From the sequence record OR455461.1: 64,000 bases of DNA. One strand, 5' to 3'. This DNA comes from Staphylococcus phage AH12. A program made the translations under genes and the position numbers. The notes beneath the pieces are model-generated. The model was not told where the DNA came from, did not search any database, and was given only the letters and a program-made list of their open reading frames with translations. Shown one piece after another: positions 31,168 to 39,734 of this stretch (position 1 is the first letter of the stretch; every line of letters starts with the position of its first letter).

Positions 31168-32403
31168 TTATTTGAATAAATCCATAATACGTTTATTATT
31201 GTTGTCCATTGGTTTTTGTTGTTGACCAAATATAGAATTACTCATATCATTTCCTTCAATAACACTATTGATACGTTTTATTGAAGTAATATCTTTTCTT
31301 CTAGCTTCTTGTTCTTTTCTGATTCCTTCTGCATTTTCTCCGTTAGATGAGAGTTTAGAACCATATTTAATTTTTACAAATTTATTAATATCCTTTTCAT
31401 AATAATATGCATATAAACAGAATAAATAAGACATCATTAAGTCATCGTGACCTCCCGGTGGATGGTCAATACGTCCTTTAATCATTTGTAAAGATTTTAC
31501 TTCTTGGAAGAGTGCTTTATTATTAATTAAATATGGTTTTTCTTCAACAAGCATAGATAGTATTTCATTTAACATTATATCACGAGATTTTTTAGTTGTA
31601 TCAATACCATATCTACGAGTTTCTTTTTTAACTTTTTCATTTTTACCATATCTAGATACTTCATTAAATAAACCTTTATCTTCTACTTGTTTTTCAGCTA
31701 CACGAGTTTTAAGTGTATAGAATAGATTAGATTCTAAACCATCATAAGTTATCATATGATCAATTACTGTTAAACCTGCATAGTTACGTTCAGGTATTAA
31801 TATAGCGTTAGGTATATAGAAACTAACCAATTCTTTAATTAATTTTCTGAATGTAGGTCCATTAATTACGTTATTTTTAAATGTCATCACTGGTTCCAAA
31901 GTAGCTGGATCCACTACAGTAAATGCTGTATTATCTCGTCCTAAACCACCAGACATATCAATACCAATAAGCCAATTTTTCTCTGTAATATTATCCATAT
32001 ATTTAATCATATTTACATAATAAGTTTTTCCATCAATATTAAATTCAAGAGTATTATATACTTCCTTATTAGCATACATAGATATTTCAGACATTTGCTC
32101 TTCAGAGAATAATGAATCATCAGAACTATAAGCCCATTCCAATAATATTTCACGTTTAACTGCTTCTAAAGAACCAATTTGTCTTTTTTGTTTTGCTAAC
32201 CAATCTTCATCTTTACCTAATTCTTTATATGAATATTCTATATACATGAATTCATTATTTGAATTATCTTCCATGTATTTTTCTAATTTAGAAATTCCTT
32301 CTTCTTCACCATTAATGAAATAATCATATATTTTTTCATTCCATTGAGCTGCTTCATTCATTTGTTGAAAGAAAAATTGCCCATTGTCTTCATCAAGAGT
32401 ACT
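31168..32403 (-). CDS. terL: terminase large subunit, exon 3 (nuclease domain)
   Basis: IDMSGGLGRDNTAFTVVD RNase-H-like nuclease motif. The apparent TTG start at 32406 is intron sequence; its G is the omega-G. Confidence 0.8.
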   Translation of the reverse strand, partial: STLDEDNGQFFFQQMNEAAQWNEKIYDYFINGEEEGISKLEKYMEDNSNNEFMYIEYSYKELGKDEDWLAKQKRQIGSLEAVKREILLEWAYSSDDSLFSEEQMSEISMYANKEVYNTLEFNIDGKTYYVNMIKYMDNITEKNWLIGIDMSGGLGRDNTAFTVVDPATLEPVMTFKNNVINGPTFRKLIKELVSFYIPNAILIPERNYAGLTVIDHMITYDGLESNLFYTLKTRVAEKQVEDKGLFNEVSRYGKNEKVKKETRRYGIDTTKKSRDIMLNEILSMLVEEKPYLINNKALFQEVKSLQMIKGRIDHPPGGHDDLMMSYLFCLYAYYYEKDINKFVKIKYGSKLSSNGENAEGIRKEQEARRKDITSIKRINSVIEGNDMSNSIFGQQQKPMDNNNKRIMDLFK

Positions 32404-32559
32404 CAAATTTATTTATTCTTTATAATTATATAAAGTTTAGACTATATCACAATAATTATAATAATTATTATCCATTATTTAGTCGTTGAACATCATTTAG
32501 ATGATGCTGATTAATTTTATAATATTTCAGCAATTAAATAGAAAAGCCCAGTTAATTTT
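32404..32559 (-). ncRNA. group I intron, about 156 nt, ORF-less, terminase intron 2
   Basis: P, Q, R and S core elements (minus-strand rc of ...cagcaattaaa..., gatgctgatta, tttagtcgttgaac, agactatatc) plus P6, P8 and P9 hairpins. The 3' end AAAUUUG| is firm. The 5' splice site after CCU (P of TTTP) is inferred from frame and a short P1 (GCCU/GGGC), so it is less certain. Confidence 0.65.
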
Positions 32560-32715
32560 AGGCGTAGTTGTAATTAGAAGTCCATAAGGAGTTCCGTTTC
32601 TTTTAGCAATTGCAGAAGCTGTGGAGTTAGCTGGACGCATGGCCTCAAACATTGTTTGATTATGTTTAATAAATGCCCACTCATCTAGCCAGAATAATGG
32701 CACAGTACCACCTCT
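32560..32715 (-). CDS. terL: terminase large subunit, exon 2 (Walker B, motif III)
   Basis: LFWLDEWAFI aligns with T4 gp17 MIYIDECAFI, followed by the ITTTP coupling motif. Confidence 0.75.
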
Positions 32716-32921
32716 CATTTTTCGTTAACTATATGAATTTCATATAGATCAGACTATATCTTAACAATTTCAATGATATTAATATTTAGTCGTTGAACTA
32801 CTATTTTAAGTAGATGCTGATTTATTTAATGATTTTCTCAGCAATTAATTAATTTTATAGCGAGCTAAGGTTATAAATTAATTTTTAAAAATAATTTCCA
32901 TATATGCCATGGAATGATTTA
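32716..32921 (-). ncRNA. group I intron, 206 nt, ORF-less, terminase intron 1
   Basis: P1 pairs exon GCGGGU with the guide sequence GCUCGC. P, Q, R and S are present, and P9 is CUAUAUGAAAUUCAUAUAG. The intron ends ...AAAAUG|, and its omega-G is the G of the ATG the ORF finder reports at 32718. Confidence 0.8.
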
Positions 32922-33569
32922 ACCCGCTTTATTTGCTTGCTCTTTATTGTTTGGAGGACTGACTGTCTTAATAGTGTTATTATTGGATGCTAATCTAAAT
33001 TCATTTTCAGCATCTTTATCATTCTTATCACCAAAATTTGCCATCACATAATCCGGTAAACATTTTTCTTTAAATAAGTTCTTAAGACGTTTTAAATTCT
33101 CCACTGTATCAGCATAAGCTTTATGTGTAAATAACATTGTATAGTTATTACCTACTAATAACATAATCCATGAATAATAACATACTGCAGAATATGTTTT
33201 ATAGTGCTGACGAGGTAACATTATTGCAGTATCTAAGTTATGCAACATACAGAATGTCATAGCCAAGTTACCTCTATGAAGTTCATACATTACTTTTCCA
33301 CCTGGAACAGGAACTCTAATAACTTCTCTTAAATAAAACCATATATTAAGTTTAGCTTCCCTAATAACACGAGTTTTCATTTCATTATCTAAATCTTCAT
33401 CCCAAGGATCAACACCAATTAATTTCTTATCATATAGAGTTAATGGTAAACCATAATTTTGTATATTATTGTCTTTAAGTTCTTTAGCAACTTTTAAAAA
33501 GCTTATATTATTAGTCTTATAATCGTAATAAACTTTTTTCTTTAATTTTGTTATAGCCATAATCTTCAT
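32922..33569 (-). CDS. terL: terminase large subunit, exon 1 (ATPase N-terminus)
   Basis: LPRQHYKT is a deviant Walker A (compare T4 SRQLGKT). Ends in GGU, directly before the intron-borne UAA. Confidence 0.75.
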
Positions 33570-33583
33570 TCACTTCTTTCTTA

Positions 33584-34753
33584 CTATCTTGTCTTAGTAT
33601 TAATTCTATTAGAATATTTTATTATTCTTTGAATTTCATCTAATTGTTTCTTGAGTTCTTTTTTAACTTCATTAGAATTATTATTGTTACTAATTTCAAA
33701 TTTTAATGTATTAATAACTGCATCAATTGAATCTGTTGGATAATCTTTATAACTTTTAATAAAACCACTCATAGGGTATAAAAGTCCTCTCATAGCTTTA
33801 GCTATTAAATTATTAGATCTTTTTTCAGATTTCATTCTAAATGCTTTATACACTAAATCATAAAATTTAACCATTTCTACAGAATATCCATAAAGAGCAG
33901 GTAATTGGTTAGCAGATCTTTCTGAAAGATTATAATCCATAGTAGTTTTTCTATTGAAACTTGCACTTGTTAGTAACATTCCTGTTCCCATAAATGAACC
34001 CATTGATAAGCTAGCACCTATAAACACAGCAGTTAAACACATTACTAATGTTGACATTGCAAGAATCATAGGAGCTGCTAATACTCTATTTCTTCTATTG
34101 TCAGTTTCTATTTCTTTAGTGTACTTAAACTGTACTGGTTTATTATCTCTATATTTGAGTTCGAATGTAGGAGTTTTGCCACCAGAGAGTACATTAATTT
34201 CTACAGGGAAAAATAAATTATGTCCTATTTCATGTAATAATAAAAAAGTATACATTCTACCATTAAGAGTAGTAAATTCTTTTTGACCTGATGCTTTCTT
34301 TTCGATAAAATATCTCAATGAAGATAATTCAATATTTACTTCAATTTCTCTAGGTTTAGAATAGTAAACACCATTCTTTTCTTCAATAACAATTTTAGTG
34401 ATTCCATCTGTAATATTTCTAATATCTTCAGGTTTAATTAATGTGTGTGCTACTGAACCTACTTTAAATTTATCTTTTCCACGTTTATCAGCTTCAATAA
34501 ATTTTAATTTCATATTAGTGTTAAATAATTTCTTAGTAATATCTGATATTCTTTTTGCAATATCATTATATTCATTCTTATCAATTACATCAAAATCAGA
34601 TTTTTCGAAGTTATATTTACTAATTAATGAATCAAATTCTTCATCTATTTCTCTAAGTAATGAAGTATTTTTACCAAAGTTAAAAGCATCTTCATTTAAA
34701 TTCATTACTTCTTTTATTTTTTTCATTTGCATTTCTTCTTGTAAAGATACCAT
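33584..34753 (-). CDS. membrane-anchored HExxH zinc-metallopeptidase-like protein, 389 aa
   Basis: LLLHEIGHNLF motif followed by two or three hydrophobic helices (LAAPMILAMSTLVMCLTAVFIGASL...). Lies between the terminase and capsid genes. Confidence 0.5.
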   Translation of the reverse strand: MVSLQEEMQMKKIKEVMNLNEDAFNFGKNTSLLREIDEEFDSLISKYNFEKSDFDVIDKNEYNDIAKRISDITKKLFNTNMKLKFIEADKRGKDKFKVGSVAHTLIKPEDIRNITDGITKIVIEEKNGVYYSKPREIEVNIELSSLRYFIEKKASGQKEFTTLNGRMYTFLLLHEIGHNLFFPVEINVLSGGKTPTFELKYRDNKPVQFKYTKEIETDNRRNRVLAAPMILAMSTLVMCLTAVFIGASLSMGSFMGTGMLLTSASFNRKTTMDYNLSERSANQLPALYGYSVEMVKFYDLVYKAFRMKSEKRSNNLIAKAMRGLLYPMSGFIKSYKDYPTDSIDAVINTLKFEISNNNNSNEVKKELKKQLDEIQRIIKYSNRINTKTR

Positions 34754-34771
34754 ATAATTTTCCTTTCTTTT

Positions 34772-34800
34772 TATAAAATAAACCCATACACCTCAGAGAG
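34772..34800 (-). terminator. terminator hairpin after the capsid gene
   Basis: 9-bp stem ACCCATACA / TGTATGGGT with a T-rich tract on the minus strand. Confidence 0.45.
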
Positions 34801-34837
34801 ATGTATGGGTATATAAATAACAAAAGTAAAGTTACTC

Positions 34838-36433
34838 TTAACGAGCGTATACTGAACCGTTGTTGTTTTTGATTGTAATACGTCCAATGATCGGAACGAA
34901 TGATTCAACTGTATATCTACGAGTCATCATCATGTTAGGAACATTAGGGTTACGAGTATTCAAGTATCCTCCACCATTTACAACATTGAATGTGTAAGGG
35001 TAGAACATGAATGTTTTATAGTTGTCTTGTTGAGGAATTGCAATAATAGTCAATTCACCTTGACGAACTAAGTCAGAACCGATAATACGGTAGTTAGCTG
35101 TACCAGAAGCAGCACCTAATGAATAGTTAATTTTAATTCCATTAGAGTAAGAATCTTCAGTACCACCATTAAATGTCCAAGAAACGTTAGGGATTAAACG
35201 AACGTCAACTGGGTTACCTACGATAACGAATTGTACATCGTAAAGTTTGTAATCATTTTTCATTGATTGAGTAGTATGGTCAATTACTTCACGTAGACCT
35301 TCTAACCAATCTTTAGGGTGAGCACTGTAATCACTATGTGGATAAACATCGAAGCTGAAGTGATATTTAGCGTCAGTTTCTCTGTATTCGTGATCTAAGA
35401 ATTCAATGATATCTAAGTCAACTTTTTGACTAGATAATTGAGACATTGTTTCAGATAAACGAGCAACTCCATCGATATCATAAGTAGCTTTCATATCTTG
35501 AATTACTTCAAGAGGTACTGTAGCCTCGATGTGTTGAGCTGTATCGATAGTGATATCTTTACGATCTAAACCAAGCTCGATGTTAGTAGCTGAAGTATGT
35601 TGTTCAGAAGCTACATAACCTTTAATTTTAATTGCTTCTAATTTACCAGAAGTTGAAGCTAAAGCTAAAGTACCGTTAGAAACGTCAACTTTACCTAATA
35701 CTGTATCAACAGCAACTTCACCGTCACCATTTGTAGGGTATTTAACTTCTGCCATTAGAGAGTCATTTTCCATTTTAATAACTTGAGAACCTAATTCAAC
35801 AAATCCTTTTTCATTTGTACGAACATCAAAAGAATCGCTCCATTTAGCTTCTACAACTTTGAATTTACGGTCAACACGATCAATGCCTTTACGAACTTCT
35901 TTACCTTCTTTTAAGCCATCGAATAAATCGTAAGCTTCAACTTTACCACCAGAAATTGCAACTTCTTCTTTAAGAGGAACTAATCCTACTAAAGTTTCAG
36001 GTGTGTTATTAATTGATTCAGGTAATGCATGTTTGTTTCCATCAGCATCTACAACGTAAGGTGTTAAGATTGGCACTGTGAATTGTGGTTTATTAGCAAC
36101 TTGAGTTGGTAAAGCTTCAGTTAAAGCTAAACGAGCCCAAAGTTTAACTAAGATAGGCATAGATAATGAAGCATAAGGTTGGATAGGCCCCATTGAAGAC
36201 TCTAATAAGATTTCTTCACGAGTGTTATCTAACATACTTTCTAAAGAAAGTTGCTCCTCTTCATCAAAACCTTCTAATAATTGATCTTTATAACTTTCAA
36301 ATACTACGTCATCAGTAGCAATTGAAGCGAAATCATTACCAACTGTACTTAATTTATATTGTTCGTTGATATTTTGTTCGATATCCTCTAAGAGTTTAGA
36401 GAATTCATCTTTAATTCTATTTGCACTCAACAT
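34838..36433 (-). CDS. putative major capsid protein, 531 aa
   Basis: Size and position (scaffold-like genes upstream, terminase downstream), a strong hairpin after its stop, and an SMPILVKLWARLALTE...VPILTP segment reminiscent of gp23-type capsid proteins. Confidence 0.55.
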   Translation of the reverse strand: MLSANRIKDEFSKLLEDIEQNINEQYKLSTVGNDFASIATDDVVFESYKDQLLEGFDEEEQLSLESMLDNTREEILLESSMGPIQPYASLSMPILVKLWARLALTEALPTQVANKPQFTVPILTPYVVDADGNKHALPESINNTPETLVGLVPLKEEVAISGGKVEAYDLFDGLKEGKEVRKGIDRVDRKFKVVEAKWSDSFDVRTNEKGFVELGSQVIKMENDSLMAEVKYPTNGDGEVAVDTVLGKVDVSNGTLALASTSGKLEAIKIKGYVASEQHTSATNIELGLDRKDITIDTAQHIEATVPLEVIQDMKATYDIDGVARLSETMSQLSSQKVDLDIIEFLDHEYRETDAKYHFSFDVYPHSDYSAHPKDWLEGLREVIDHTTQSMKNDYKLYDVQFVIVGNPVDVRLIPNVSWTFNGGTEDSYSNGIKINYSLGAASGTANYRIIGSDLVRQGELTIIAIPQQDNYKTFMFYPYTFNVVNGGGYLNTRNPNVPNMMMTRRYTVESFVPIIGRITIKNNNGSVYAR

Positions 36434-36617
36434 AATTTTTTCTGCTCCTTTTCAAATATATTAGCGTGTAGTTTTATATTATTAATTTTATTATATAAAT
36501 TTGTTAAGAAATAAAATAACCATTATATTCAAGGGTATTTTTACTTTCATATGTTATTGTTATTAAATTTAAAAAGAATAATAAAACTATTATTAAAAGT
36601 AATTAAAATCATTTATT

Positions 36618-37283
36618 TTACTTTTTACTACGCTTTTTTGTACTTTCTAATTTATTGTATTCTTTTAAATAATTGTCAAATATTTCTTTGTAAGTAGTTT
36701 CAAATTTTTTATATAACTTCTCAGATTTATCTACATCGACAATATTTATAAATTTATTGTTAAATAAATTTATATTATCTTTAAGTTGATCCAGAGATTT
36801 TGTAGTTAATTCAGTTATATCAAACATATCTTTTCTCTCTGAATCTGAAAAATTTTCCATATTTCTGTCATTGATAATGTAGTTAAATTTGTCCATTACA
36901 TCTTTTAATTCAATTAATTTATTAAATATTTGTAATTTTAAAAACTTATCTGAATTACTTTCTTTGGGTTCTTCTGGTGTTTCTTCTGGATTATCTGTAT
37001 CAGTTTCTTCAGATTCAGGTTGTTCAAGATCATTATCTAATCCATCTTCAGTTTCTTCTTGATCTTCCGTAGAATCGTCATTAGAATCATCATTAGAATT
37101 ATCTTCTTCAGTTTCTTCATTATTCTCTTCTTCTGATGAAGTTGATTCAGTATCATCTAATGAATTCTGATCTTGATCATTTTCATCATCTTCAGCTTCA
37201 TTAAGAATATTTTGTTTCATTAATTTATTTATTGATTCAGTGAGTAAATCTCTATTAATATCCATAGTCATTACCACTGTCAT
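36618..37283 (-). CDS. highly acidic scaffold-like or internal-core-like protein, 221 aa
   Basis: Long D/E/S/T-rich tract directly upstream of the capsid gene. Confidence 0.45.
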   Translation of the reverse strand: MTVVMTMDINRDLLTESINKLMKQNILNEAEDDENDQDQNSLDDTESTSSEEENNEETEEDNSNDDSNDDSTEDQEETEDGLDNDLEQPESEETDTDNPEETPEEPKESNSDKFLKLQIFNKLIELKDVMDKFNYIINDRNMENFSDSERKDMFDITELTTKSLDQLKDNINLFNNKFINIVDVDKSEKLYKKFETTYKEIFDNYLKEYNKLESTKKRSKK

Positions 37284-38289
37284 TTACATCTCCACGAGAG
37301 ATAGCATTTTTAGTTTTATCTATAGTTTTCTTTTGGAAATTTGCTTTTTTCAATTGACCTTCTAAATCTGATTTTAATATTCTTAATTCTTTTCTTTTAT
37401 TTTCATCATCAACTGTTTCTAATTTATCTTCTAATGATTGAATTCTTTCTTCTAGTACAATAATTAATCTATTAAGTTCACTATTTTTAGTACTATTATA
37501 CACAATAGCAACTAATAATCCTAATAATGCAGTTTTAGCTTTACCGATAACGCCAGAACTTACTTTTAATCCAATACAGAAGATTATTGCTGTTAAGATA
37601 GCTCTTACAAAACGAATTCTATTCGCTTTAGCTAATTGTTTATCATCCATATTTTTAGTTGAAGCAGTAGCTTTTTTAACAGAACCGATTAATTTATTTA
37701 AATTCTTTTCAGCAACTTTAGGTTCTTTAGATCGTTCAAAAGATGTATCAATATCATTAAGATAATCCTCATCATCATCTTCATAAGCTTCATTTAAATA
37801 ATTCATACTACCTTCCATTAAGAAATTAATAATTGCTTTTTTCTCTAAATTAGAATTAGAAGGTGTTTCAGCTAAAGCTACAGTTAATTGTTTAAAATTA
37901 AATTCTGCACTTTTATTTGAACTAAAGTCTTCTTTATATAAACTATCTATATAACCATTATTAGGAATACGATTATTAATATAAAGTGTATTATATCTAT
38001 CTTTAAGAGTTTCTATCTTATGAAGAACCATATTTATTGCCATTTCAGATTGTTCATTTTCAATTTCGTATCTTTCTAATGAATCTTTAATACCTACTAA
38101 ATATTTTACAATTTTTCTAATTTGATCATTTGTAAAACTATCAGTATTAGCATACTTCTCAATATCAACTAGATAATCATAAGCTTCATTAGGAAAAGAA
38201 TTTTCATCCGTTTGTTCTTTAATATTAAGTAATGTATCTTTTACTTCTTCAAAACTTTTCAAAGATTTTCCTCCTATCATATATTTCAT
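37255..38289 (-). CDS. hypothetical head-module protein, 344 aa, one hydrophobic helix
   Basis: ORF track entry that overlaps the next gene by 29 nt. Hydrophobic segment AILTAIIFCIGLKV...LLGLLVAIVY. Confidence 0.45.
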   Translation of the reverse strand: MKYMIGGKSLKSFEEVKDTLLNIKEQTDENSFPNEAYDYLVDIEKYANTDSFTNDQIRKIVKYLVGIKDSLERYEIENEQSEMAINMVLHKIETLKDRYNTLYINNRIPNNGYIDSLYKEDFSSNKSAEFNFKQLTVALAETPSNSNLEKKAIINFLMEGSMNYLNEAYEDDDEDYLNDIDTSFERSKEPKVAEKNLNKLIGSVKKATASTKNMDDKQLAKANRIRFVRAILTAIIFCIGLKVSSGVIGKAKTALLGLLVAIVYNSTKNSELNRLIIVLEERIQSLEDKLETVDDENKRKELRILKSDLEGQLKKANFQKKTIDKTKNAISRGDVNDSGNDYGY

Positions 38290-38376
38290 TAATCTAATAA
38301 AAGATTGTTAAATTCAGAAGAATAACATAGAAATATTCTTAATTTACAATCAAAATTTGAAAGGAAGTATAAATAA

Positions 38377-38599
38377 ATGTCTAAAGATATTAAAGCTTAC
38401 ATTATTAATGAATCTAATACAACTTCTCAACCAGAAGTAGTTCAAGATAATAATAAATCAGTTAGATTCATTGCTGAGTTACAAGAAGCTGATAGACAAA
38501 ACCGTAATGGTCGTGTTTATCGTAAAGATGTTATCCAAAGTGGTTTAGATAGTCCAGTAGTACAAGAAAAATTAGCAAGAAGAACTTTTTATGGTGAGT
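38377..38599 (+). CDS. prohead-protease-like protein, exon 1
   Basis: Ends ...RTFYGE plus one further nt. The NGRVY and GE-GHP segments resemble T4 gp21-type prohead proteases; this rests on recollection, not on a search. The TAG at 38602 is intron sequence. Confidence 0.55.
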
Positions 38600-38753
38600 T
38601 TTAGGTTAAAATGGCTCACGTTAAATTATATTAATTGCTGAAATCTTATTTAAAGTAATCAGCATCAACTTAATACAAGTTGTTCAACGACTAAATATAT
38701 AACCTAGATGATATAGTCTAATCTTTATTAAAATAATAAAGAATAATAATTTG
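38600..38753 (+). ncRNA. group I intron, 154 nt, protease intron 1
   Basis: P1 pairs exon GUGAGU with the guide sequence GGCUCAC. P UUAAUUGCUGAAA, Q AAUCAGCAUC, R GUUCAACGACUAAAUAU and S GAUAUAGUCU are present. Ends ...AAUUUG|. Confidence 0.75.
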
Positions 38754-39013
38754 CAGGTCATCCTTTAAGTGATGAACCTAAACGTCAAATGTATATTGAT
38801 CAACGTAATATTTCTCATATTATCACTAGAACTTGGTGGAATGGTAATAAATTAATGGGAGAAGTAGAAACAGCTCAAACATCAGCTGGTAAGGATATGA
38901 AAGGTTTAATTGGACAAAAATCTGATGTATCTTTCTCAATGCGTGGTTTTAGTAAAATAGAAAGAAAACCTAATGGTGAAGTAGAAGTTACTAAACCTTT
39001 AAGATTAATCTGT
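38754..39013 (+). CDS. prohead-protease-like protein, exon 2
   Basis: Reads (S)GHPLSDEPKRQ...SMRG...KPLRLIC. Ends UGU, directly before the intron-borne UAA. Confidence 0.55.
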
Positions 39014-39202
39014 TAAATTATAGCAGCTTTATATAGTGATATATAATGAAAAAGAATATTAATTGCTAAGAAGTTTAATTAAGCCAATTAGCATCAACTT
39101 AATACAAGTTGTTCAACGACTAAATATATTCGCTCTTACTAAGAGTATGATATAGTCTCGTCTATATGGAAACCATATAGCTAAGATGTACGTATGACTG
39201 GG
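39014..39202 (+). ncRNA. group I intron, 189 nt, protease intron 2a, with a P2 hairpin
   Basis: Variant P (UUGCUAAG) and Q (UUAGCAUC) carry compensatory changes. R, S, P8 and P9 (CUAUAUGG/CCAUAUAG) are present. Ends ...GAUGUACG|. Confidence 0.65.
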
Positions 39203-39213
39203 TAAAAAATTAT
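39203..39213 (+). CDS. inferred 11-nt micro-exon (UAUGACUGGGU; Y-D-W plus 2 nt) between the tandem introns
   Basis: Bounded by the 3' end of intron 2a and a CUGGGU| 5' splice site, which pairs with guide sequence GCUUAG of intron 2b. The four exon lengths (223, 260, 11, 349) sum to 843, a multiple of 3, and the frame is restored only if the micro-exon is included. Confidence 0.55.
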
Positions 39214-39362
39214 TGCTTAGTATAAATAATATTAATTGCTGGAAATCTTTATTAAGATAATCAGCATCGGATTAAATTCCGTTCAACGACTAAATATATT
39301 ACCTAATATAAATTAGGAAGATATAGTCTCGTCTATATGAAAATCATATAGTTAAGATAACG
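39214..39362 (+). ncRNA. group I intron, 149 nt, protease intron 2b; near-identical 5' half to the nrdE intron
   Basis: Guide sequence UGCUUAG, then UAUAAAUAAUAUUAAUUGCUGGAAA, which is identical to the nrdE intron. Q, R and S are present, and P9 is CUAUAUGAAAAUCAUAUAG. Ends ...GAUAACG|. Confidence 0.7.
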
Positions 39363-39711
39363 TGTAATTCCATCACATCAAGATTCTTATATCCAAAATA
39401 TAATTTCAGAGAATCATAATAATTACAATACTAGTGATTTACAAATGGTTAATGAATCAATTGATATGTTTTCTAACGGTAAAGTTACAGAATTTTCTCC
39501 TAGAGAAGTTTTAACTTATATTAAAGAAAATTCAGATAATATCAAATATATCGCTGAAGATATGGGATTTGATAAAGCTGATGAATCTAATATCATTTAT
39601 GATAAAGGATCTCAAATAGCTTCAATTAAAGAAAGTAATAAAACTATTAAAGTTTTCTTAGAAGAATCTGTTCTTAATGGACTTGATGATTTCTATAGAA
39701 ACTTTAAATAA
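39363..39711 (+). CDS. prohead-protease-like protein, exon 3
   Basis: Begins (V)VIPSHQDS..., which may carry a D-x-V-x-x-P-S catalytic-serine context. The in-frame open stretch starts just after the UAA at 39358-60. The ORF track reports only the part from the Met at 39445. Confidence 0.55.
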
Positions 39712-39734
39712 TATGTATGGAAGTGATATAGTTT

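Noticed and set aside
32527-32718. A stand-alone 63-aa gene, and 31168..32406 and 32919..33569 as three separate genes
   Set aside because: Together they reconstitute a single large terminase (Walker A, Walker B LDEWAFI, TTTP, nuclease motif). They are separated by sequences with full group I intron cores. The reported Met or TTG starts are intron-derived.
39014-39362. Single intron or twintron interpretation of the duplicated intron core in the protease gene
   Set aside because: A single intron 39014..39362 breaks the reading frame. An alternative 5' site after AGAUU keeps the frame, but its only complementary partner (AAUCU) is directly adjacent with no loop, so it has no usable P1. Two tandem introns with an 11-nt micro-exon give good P1 helices, conserved 3' ends and an exact multiple-of-3 mRNA. 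It was kept as a finding at moderate confidence.
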